Positions 38,201 through 48,759 of a stretch of DNA of 64,000 bases are shown in pieces. How positions within the stretch are numbered: position 1 is the stretch's first letter; each line of letters opens with the position of its first letter. A program made the position numbers and the translations under genes. This DNA is from Octopus bimaculoides (Eukaryota): NCBI RefSeq assembly GCF_001194135.2, contig NC_068984.1:102081276-102145275 (forward strand), in the 5' to 3' direction. The notes beneath the pieces are model-generated. The model saw only the letters and a list, made by a program, of their open reading frames with translations. It was not told the origin of the DNA and did not search any database.

Positions 38201-41200
38201 CACAAGCAACCTGAGATGAACCAGTCAAGTATGATGTTGTTTAAATTGACTATACTCCATCTTCTATTATTTGTAGGTAGCCACCTATGATAGAAGTCAT
38301 TATTTATGATCTTATGCCTCTGGTAGTATTAAATTTTTAAATATTTTACGTATGCTCTTGTGTCAAATTGGGTGGAATGATAGAAATGATAGTGTATTCA
38401 ACAAAATGTATCTATTTCCCTTTATTTTCTGAGTAAAAATCTCATTTGAGTTAACTTTGCTTTTCATTGTTCTTGAGATGAATTCTTTGGATGTTTTTAT
38501 GCATATATAGGTCAGCTCTGATTGTATAGTTCTATGGTATGTAGTAGTTAGCCAAACAACCAGGTACAACCTTTACATCTATTGTTCCATGGCTCGACCT
38601 TGTTAACAATCTTAGAGTACACTTTGACATGCAGTGATGAATCAAATGAGATTCAGTGTGCCAGTATAGATATGTTATATTCTCTCCACTGTTAAATCTG
38701 TTTCTGTATGCCTCTTGTTGTTGTTTAGCCCCAGGTCTACTATGATCAAACAGACCCATAATTAAAGGCATTTCAGTCATATCATGCTATTTTTTCAGGA
38801 TATCTAGGATCACATTATTGAAATATGGTAGACTGGGATTTGGCTGCTGTTTCTAGTATGTTTAATGACCACACAAAGATACCCTTGCTTGCCTGTATGC
38901 TTGTAGATATTGTGGTTGCTACCACGAAGGCAGGTATGATGGATTGGGTCAGAGCACAATAGTGTTCCTCTGCACATTTGTGTTGTGCTGCATTCTCAAC
39001 CCATGATGTACTTAATGTTTTTTCTAGTCCTCTCTGTATCTGGTTCTATTTTAAAGTTTGTCAGGGCTAAGTGGAAGACTTGTAAACTTAAGGATTCTAT
39101 TGTAGTGGTACTTTGGAGTGGTTGGAAGTGCTTTTCATGGGAGGGACTGTTTATGTTGAAGTTGGATGTGGCAACAAACTGTACTTATTGTATGTCCAGA
39201 AGGTCTTTGATATTCTTGTTTCATTTTGTAGCTTGTCTGAAAACATGAATTCTTTTTAAGATATACTCAGGGTTATCTCTCTTTGGTATCCTCTGCTGAA
39301 GAAGGCATAACGAGCCAGAAATGCTTGTAAAAGTCCAAGAGAAGAATCCACTGAACTGATAATGGTGACACCTTTACTATAAGTGAGAATTTTTTTCCAC
39401 AGTAAATTGCAGTGAAATTACCTTTAGAAGTTAAAATGTCACAGACTTACTGGAACTAATCTAAAAACATTTATGTTCTTTTTTTCTTTAAGAAGTACCT
39501 ATGCCATTGACAGAATCTAATAATAATTTCTTATGTACATTTTTAGAATCTCCACCCATGTCTGAATCTTCCAGTTGCCTTTCTTTAGAATCTTTGAAAG
39601 GAGAATGTGAGGAAACCTTAAAGAAGTCGTTAAATACTCAATTACATACTACATTACAAAAGTGAGTTGTTGTTTTTTATGTTGGATATTGTTCTGAATG
39701 GTTGGAAGCTCTTGATACACTGAGAGACAAACCAATATTTTATGATATTAATTTGATCCTTTGTTGATCTATGGAAGTCTACTTGTTTCTTGTATTGTCA
39801 TACACTGATTATTGTCAGAAGAAAGAAGTCTCTTAGATTGACTTGTAACATGACAAATTAAATGAAGACAAATCATCAGAAATAGCCCCATGTCTCATTA
39901 AAGGTTATGACACATTTTCATTTTGCTACTGTCTGGACTGAAATGTGAACCAATATTCTTTTATCCCCAAGAATTTTTCTTCTCTACTGATTTGAGGTCC
40001 ATTTTCCATATGCATTCCTAAAATTTTAAGTGTTGAGATCCATATCTCAAGGTTTTACGAGTGAGTTAACAAATTAGATTTAAAGGAATGGATGTGTCTT
40101 ATTGCATACCTGTCCAATCCAAGCCAATATGAAATTACAGGTGTTCAAATGATGGTGATAGTGACATTACACATTCCACATGAGATGACCTTTTAAGGTG
40201 AATGTCATTCACTTCCTGGCAAATGTTACTCACTCTTGCGTGGTGGGTGAAATTCTGCAGATGTAGAAGCCTTTGCTCTTTGCTCTTTGCTCTTTACCCA
40301 AACTGTTGCAGCTTAATTATGAGCCACTTGAGAAGCTTGGGGTATTAAGATTTTGTTGTGTTTAGGATGTGGAGGGACATGCTTAAAAAAGATGGTTTCA
40401 AGTTTCAGTTTTTATAATTAACAGATCTTTTGTTCACTTGCAGGAAAGAGACCAGTTTGATTGATGTAGGACTAGAGAGGAAAATAAATTTAAGGGAAGA
40501 AATCCCATTACAGATATTGAAATATATTTGGTTTTAATTACTTAATTATAATTCAGTAATGGATAATGTTGATTAAAACTTTAGTATTTGATATGTTCAT
40601 CTTTTATTATCGTTTATCAATCCAAATGTTGTGTGTGTGTGTGTGTGTGTGTGTATTGTGTGTTAAAATCATATACATGTGTGTATATGATTTTATGTGT
40701 ATGTTTATGTATATAAATGTGTATGTTTATGTTTGTAAATGTAAAAGTCAACCATGTGTATGCGTTTGTAAGTGTAAGTATGAAGAGAAAATAGTTAAAG
40801 AGAATAAACTTATTTCAAGAAGTGTCGAATAATTAAAAATATTCTCTCCTAAACCTTTCAGCTTATTTGAGAGTTTTCAATTTTGGCTGGATGAACCTCG
40901 ACTTCATGAAGCTACCTTATATCTCCCTGCACTTCCAACACAATATGATTCTGAGCGCTTGCAGAAGATATTTTTCTGTGATAAGGTGGGTTTATTTATT
41001 TCTTTGATATCATACAAACATTTTCTTGTTTTTTATTAAGATTAATTAATAATAATGTATTTGTTTATAGGCAATAATTTGCATGCGAGCGTACGTGCAT
41101 GTATACACACACACACACATATATTCATATATATATGTATTCATATATATATATATATTTTACGCTACTGACATTTGCTGTTTGTTCAATTAATATTACT

Positions 41201-44200
41201 TTAAACTGTTTCGCATTTAATTGAATGTAAAATGAATATTATTAATTAATCTTACTATAAAATATACTTGGATTGAATTGCTGATGTGAATCAGTTGTCT
41301 TTTAGGTTTCTTTATTTGATTTACTCACTGATTATTAGTTATTGTAATAAAACTGAATGTTAATCAGATCATTAAGGCTAAATAAGTCAGAGTGGGATGT
41401 ATATCTTACAGATGGTGGAGAAATCATATTGAGTTATGGGTGCATATCTCACAGCTGGTGTTGTCTTATGCTCCATAGACAAGATGTTAAATATAGTTTT
41501 GTAAAAAAATTAAAGAAATTCGTACTTAGTTAAATTGTTATTATTGGATACTTTCGATTAATCTTGAAGACCTATATTTTTGGGGGGCGACAAAATTGGA
41601 AAATATGATTTTTTGATGTTTTCCTAATTTTATTTGTAGCATAAATGAACTGAAATGTTTTAAACTGTGATTAAAGCAAAACCTGTCATTCTTTTATCTA
41701 ATATATAATAATAATTGTATTTGAAAATATATCTATATTTTCTCCAACTCCATCAGATTAGAAAATCAGGTATTTGGTGCAATTTATAGACATTCTTATG
41801 TCATACCTATTTACAGTTGTCAATCAGATTTGCTTTGCCTATACCATTTAGAAACATCAGTATCGTATGATGCACTATCTTAGCTACATTATTTTGTACA
41901 CTGTCTAAACCATGTAGTCCAATACTCTGTTTCAGTTACTTAATGTTTCCTTGCTGGTTTAAACTATATCAGCCATCTTTATTCATATACTTCAAATAAT
42001 GATTACTCATAGAATTCAACCAAACCGGTTTTATATGAACTAAAACTATTGAAATACTGTACTTGATCTCTAATTGTGGAGGGAACAAGTGGAAGGGGTA
42101 GACTCTGGAAGATGTGGAATGAAGAGGTGAGGAAGGATCTTCAAACATTGGGTGTCACAGAGAGGATGACAAGAGACCATGGTTCCTGGCAGTTTACTGT
42201 GTTTGAGAAGATACATCCAACTAAGTAAAATTGTCCTTGCATACAGGCATGTTCCTTGCATCCCACTTCAGCTGAGCACTCCTGTTGTGTCCCACATTAT
42301 GGCGACATATTTTGTTGTCTCTGTGGGACTGGCCTGAACAGTGTACCTTGCTGACTGACATTACTGACTGCATCAGTCAACAACAGATCCTAATCTTGTA
42401 GGCTTGTGGGTGCTGGTGCCACATAAAAAGCACTTGTGCCGCTGCCACATAAAAGCATCCATGCCAGGCTGGGTAAAAGCACCCAGTACACTCTGGTTGG
42501 CATTAGGAAGGGCATCCAGCCTTAGGAGCCATGCCAAAACAGACAGGGAGCCTGGGCAGTTCTTCAGCTGGTCAGTTATTGTCAAACCGTCCAACCTATG
42601 CTAGCATGGAAAACAAGCGATAAATGATGATGATGATGATGGTAGTGGTGACGACAGCAGCACTGGTGGTGGAGGTAGCGGCTTATAAGATACTTTATTT
42701 TAACAAAAAAATGTCTCAAAAAGTCATCCCGAGTCCTATATGTGTAGTGGGACCCATATTACATGCATTAATGCACTAAACATTTTTTATTTGAATGTGC
42801 ACTGCTGAAATGAGGGGGTGCATCTAATGTGCCTGAGCATCTTTTATGCCTTTAGATGCAGTAAATATCATAGAACTTTACATTAACATGTCTTGTTTCT
42901 AGTTATGTAATTATCTGATATGTAAAACTTCATGAATAGTTGTACTTGAAATATTTCATTGATAGCTTAGAACATTTTAACTTGGAAACTTTTTGTTTTG
43001 CAGAGTCCTTGGATGGAGTTAATTGATATGAATATGCTTACTTATGAATCTTTAACGTTGGCACTTGTGTGGACTGAAGAAATCACTGTGAGTTACCATC
43101 ATCAATATAAGCAGAAAAGTAAAACTGATTCTAACTTCAGAGTCAGTACTGGTTAGTATATTTATATTTTCTTAGGTGAAGCACCTCATTTAGATTTTTA
43201 TTTCCTAAATTTTCAGTTAATAATTACAAGAAGTAAAGACATTTTTTGTTATATTTACTTGTAAATAAATAAAATATTTTAAGTTATTGGTTGCCAATAA
43301 GATGTAGAAAGATAGGTTCTGTCACATGGACTTATATATTTCATGAGGTTGATGTCTTCACTGAGACCCAAATGACAGTGAATTCTGGGTTTGCAAAGAA
43401 GTATTCAGTTTTTATATAGTAAAATCATATTCACTGCAGGTATTTTGGGATATTTATATCTAAGTATTTCTGTTTAGGAATGGTTATATAAAATTTTCTG
43501 AAAGTATCACCTGTGATAGACAGATGGTGTCTGATATCTGCTGATAACAAATTCTTTGACCCCTGTCAGTCATTAACAACCATGGGTAAGGGTCCTAGTT
43601 GTCTGCCTTAATGGAATAGTGTTGTCTGTGGCTGAATGGTCCAATGCATGAATGGCAGTCGCTTCCACACAAGCTGCACTTGTAGGTTGTCCTGGTACTG
43701 TTTAGGTTGTAGTGTAGTCTGGTTCTATCGCTCTGGTATAGTCTGTTTGAAAGGATCCAAGCCTGTTCAGTATGGTATGAAGGACAGGTTGTTGCCCATG
43801 CAGCATGTTCCCCCCACCCCCCATCCTTCCCCACATCACTGATGAATCCAAAGGAATAACACGGCCATTAGAGTTTGGCACCAGTATCATCACAAGAGTT
43901 GGCAGAACAAGGTTGTAGACAATGTCAAACTGCCTCAGGGACTCTGACTATTAATTTTTTCCCCTCAAGGTTTATACTCAGAGCCTTTCCCATGGCTAGG
44001 TATATCTGCAGGGCAATGGGCATTTGCAACTCTATTTTCCTTCCACTATGTAGATGGGTTGCCCCCCTGCTCCAGGCTAACAAGCTCCATTTTCCCAACT
44101 GACTTGCTAATTAATCCATAGGTTGGGAGCAGTAATGGCTAAGAGGTGGTTCCATACTCTTCAGAATCCTGAAACTACTGAACCAGGGCCCCACTACTTT

Positions 44201-44829
44201 ATGTAGTTTAAAATCATACCCAGATATATGCTAGCTTACTGTCTAACTGGCAGTCCACAAGAAACAATAGTTTGTCTTCAAATATACATCTCCATAAACA
44301 TCTTTCCATCAGCAGAGCAAGATAACCATTTAATCAATAAGGTGATCATAGATCAATAAGGTGATCATAAATCAATTAGGTGATAATAAAATCACTAAGG
44401 TGATCATAAAATAAATAAGGCGATCATAAAATCAATAAAGTGATCATAAAGTCAATAAGGTGATCATAAAATCAATAAGTTTGTCATATTTTTTTGTTTG
44501 TTTTTGATTTTATTCTTGTGTCTTGTCTTTGTATTTTCTTTTCTAGCCACAACTCGAATTCTGAACCGGTTAAAAACACACAGCATTCCACTAGGCCCCC
44601 CTCCTATAACTGATCCATCACCACCTGTACCAGAAGTGACTGTTACTGCACTTGAAGAGAAGTCTACCCTTATGTATATTATAAATACAGATTTGAAAGT
44701 ACTCTGCAACCATGCTAGGTAATAATATCACTAAATTAATTCCTCAAATATTTTATTAATTGTATCAAGTGACATTTGTCAATATGTCCTCCTTTAACTT
44801 TTACTCAAAGGCATGCACACACACACTCA

Positions 44830-44870
<41 letters not shown>

Positions 44871-47800
44871 CACTATTTCACTCTCGTTGTAAAAACGATT
44901 CTCTTGTATCTGTAATTAGTAAGACATGAAGTGTGTTAGTTTTTCCTCTTTCTATTATTATCAGTTTTTGAGATCAGATCAATATTTTATTAAACTAGTT
45001 ATCATTCTAGTTTGCAATAAATGATGAAATATCCTCATGCTTCTGTCATCAAATGATGCACTCTGTGTACTCTTGTCGTCGAATGAGATATTATTATCCT
45101 GACAAGCACTGCCTTTACATGTTGGATTATGCTGAGAGATGCTGCTGCCACAATTGAGGGAGTGGTTGATGATAAATATGAGTTGGAGGGAGATAGGGGA
45201 GAGTAGATGATGACTAAAGGTTGGATATTGTTGATGGTTGAATGCAGTGAATGGTTGAGGGGTGATGAATGTATATATCATTTGTTGGGAACATTGGGGA
45301 GAGTAGGTGCTGAGTGGTAGAATAGGAGGGGCGAATGTCTGTGATGATTCCTCTCTTTATGGTTGAAGAATAATGATAATCATAAGATTGGTTTTTCTGA
45401 GACAAAAAAAAAAGAAAATGGCAAGCTGGCAGAAACATTAGCATGGTGGGCGAAATGTTTAGTGGAACGTCTGCCGTTACGTTCAAATTTTGCCAAGGTC
45501 GACTTTGCATTTCATCCTTTCGGGGTCGATAAATTAAGTACCAGTTACACACTGAGGTCGATGAAATCGACTTAATCCCTTTGTCTGTCCTTGTTTGTCC
45601 CCTCTATGTTTAGCCCCTTGTGGGCAATAAAGAAATAGGACGGGCGAAGAGAAACACAATAGTATTATGTTGTCCGGAAAGTTCTGAGTGTTTTTAATAT
45701 GCAAAAATGGATATATATGTAATTGACCTTTCAATAGATTTTATTTGATGAATTAATTTCCATTATTATTAATAACCTTTTCCCATCTATCAGGCAATTT
45801 AGGTATTCCACAAGCATAAAATTTGACTGGTTTTGAAGAGTAAAAGATATCTAGATGCATTTTCACTCCATCTAAATTGTTAAATGTTTTTCTTTGCAGT
45901 GAGTTCTGTTAGAGACAAAAACAAGTGGTAGTCAGATGGTGCAATATCAGCAGAATCTAGTGGATGGCATAAGAGACCCCAGCCAAGTTCATGTAACTTT
46001 GTTTGGGTAGCCAAAGACACATGTGGTCAGGCATCATCTTGTTGGAACACTACCCCTTTCCTGCTGGCAATCTCCATCTTGAATTCTTTGATTCTTTGGT
46101 TCAAATTAGCCAGCTGATGATAGTACACATCAGAATCAATGGTCTGGTTTTGTGGGAGAAGCTCATAATAAATAATGCCTTTATGATCCCACCAAACACA
46201 AAGAAAAGCTTTTCTGACATAAATATTTGTCTTTGGTTGCTGTTTTGGGGAACCATTATGCAAACTGCAGGATCTTTTTTGCACTATGTTTTCATACACA
46301 ATTCATTTTTCATCTCCAGTCACAAGCTGTTTCAAAAAAGTCATGCTTTCATTCCATTTCAAAAGTATAACACAAACAGAATACTGGTCCAAGCAATTCT
46401 TTTCTGAGAGTTTGTGAGGGGCCTATACATTATAGTGAGAAATGTATCCTAGCTTCACTAGGTGTTTATGAGCCATACTTTTAGAAACTTCCAACTCTTC
46501 TGCAAGTTTCTAGTCATAATATTTGAGTTTTCTTTGATTTTTGCCTTCAAAATATCTTCATCCAATTTTGAAGGTCTTCCACTGTGACTGTCATCTTCCA
46601 AGTTAAACTCTCTAGCTTTAAATTTTGCAAACCACCTTCGAACAGTTGATTCACCAACAGCATCATCACCATATACTTCACAAATGTTTTCACAAGTCTT
46701 TGCAGCATTTTCTCCTTTTGAAAAAAATGCAACACAAATATCGAATTTTTGGTTATCCATTTCAAATGTCAATAAAGGGTAACTGGAATAAAAGATAAAT
46801 CTATTTTTAGTCAAGAACAAAGAAGAGATGCACTACCACTTCAAGCAATACCAAAGTTTTAACTGTTGTGTTTCAGGTGTGTTTGTTCAATGAAACATTA
46901 AAAACACTCAGAACTTTCCGGACAACCTAATAATAATACAATAGACAGTGGGTAGTTGAGAGAAAAGGAGATGACATATAGGTGGGTAGGTTACAAGACT
47001 ATGAGGGGAAATGACTAATATGGTTCATCAGGAGATTGAAAGATGTATGATAATAGGAGTAAGTCAACAGAAAATGATTAAGTAGAGAGTAATAGAAAGA
47101 GATAATTTGGTGGCATAGAAGGATGGGTGATCAATATAAAATGTGAGTGGAGAGGAACAATGTAAAGGCTGAAGCATAGATGTCAAATGAAGTGATTCCT
47201 GGTAGTGAGAAAGACAACTGGTATCACAAAAAAGGATGATAAGACATAATTCTGCCCTCAATTAATTACAGCAACAGAATACTGCAGTTAGGTAAGTGAT
47301 AGAGAGATGATGGGTGGTGAACAAAGCTTGATGAAGAAATAGAGTGTGGGGCCCAGTTGTGAATGTTTACATGATGTTCCAGAATCTCAGTTTTGCCAAG
47401 ATGGACAGATCTTCATGAGTATCACACATTATTAGTTGCCCCACACTTTTGTCATCTTCATGAGATTCAAAACCCTGAGATCAGTCTTCCCTACTTCATC
47501 CCATATCTTCCAAGGTCTCCCTCTTCCACAAGTTCCATCCGCATTAAATGACTGGTCCTTTTTTTTATACAGCTGTCCCCATCCATATGCATCACATATC
47601 CACACCAGAGTAGTCTTCTCTCTTGCATTCTACATCCTCAAGTGATTCCTTGATACCCAATTTTTCTGTCAACACATTTGTACTTTGTTGTTTATGCACC
47701 TGATGTTGCACATCTAATGGAACATGCTAGCTTAATTACTTTCTAGTTACCATATGTCCTTTGCATTCAGTGCCCACATCTCACTACCATGTAGCATTGT

Positions 47801-48716
47801 TGTCCCTCATAAGTATCAAACATATATTTAATCTCTGTAAAATCATTTGATGAATAATTTTTTCACTTTGGATCTACCTATTAATGTATTATATTTTCCT
47901 TTCATTATTTTCAGAAATTTCTCCAGGCAGGTATCTAGACATATAACTATGGATTTAGAATACCTTGATCTGCTTCCTCAACTTTACAGCAATGAATGGA
48001 ATCAGGTATATAGAACAACTGCTTTTAATAACTTATCTTAGTCGTTTTCTACTTATCATCATCATCCTCATCATCATTTAACATCCATTTTCCATGCTGG
48101 TATGGGTTGGACAGTTTGACCACAACTGGTAAGGCCAGGGGCTGCACCAGACTCCATTGTCTGTACTGGCATGGTTTCTATAGCTGAATGCCCTTCCTAA
48201 TGCCAGCCATTCCACAGAGTATACTGGGTGCTTTTTATGTGGCACCAGTGCCTTTAACATGGAACTGGCACGAGTGCTTTTTATGTGACGCCAGAACTGA
48301 TATTAATCCTGCTATGATGGACAGGTCTTCTTGAGTACTACAATGCATCAGATATCTCAGTCCTTAGTCTTCTCTTTCATATGGCTCTTTGTCTTGAGAT
48401 TGACATTCAATGTTTCATCCTATGTCTTCCAGGGTTTCCCTCTTCCACAAGTTCCATCCACTTTAAGTGATTGGCACTCCTTTATGTGACTGTTTACATC
48501 CATACACTTAACCAAACAAGTGCAGCCTTCTCTCTTGCATACTGCAACTAGTTCCTCTTATGCTTAGCTAGCTTCTCCTTCAATACACTAAACGCGCTGT
48601 TGCACGCATTTTGTGAAAATTTGATGGTTGTTTTAGCCATATGCCATTTACAGAGAATCTACTGGAAATACCTTATAGCACTATCATATCAAATATATTA
48701 GTATGTTACTCATTAT

Positions 48717-48759
<43 letters not shown>

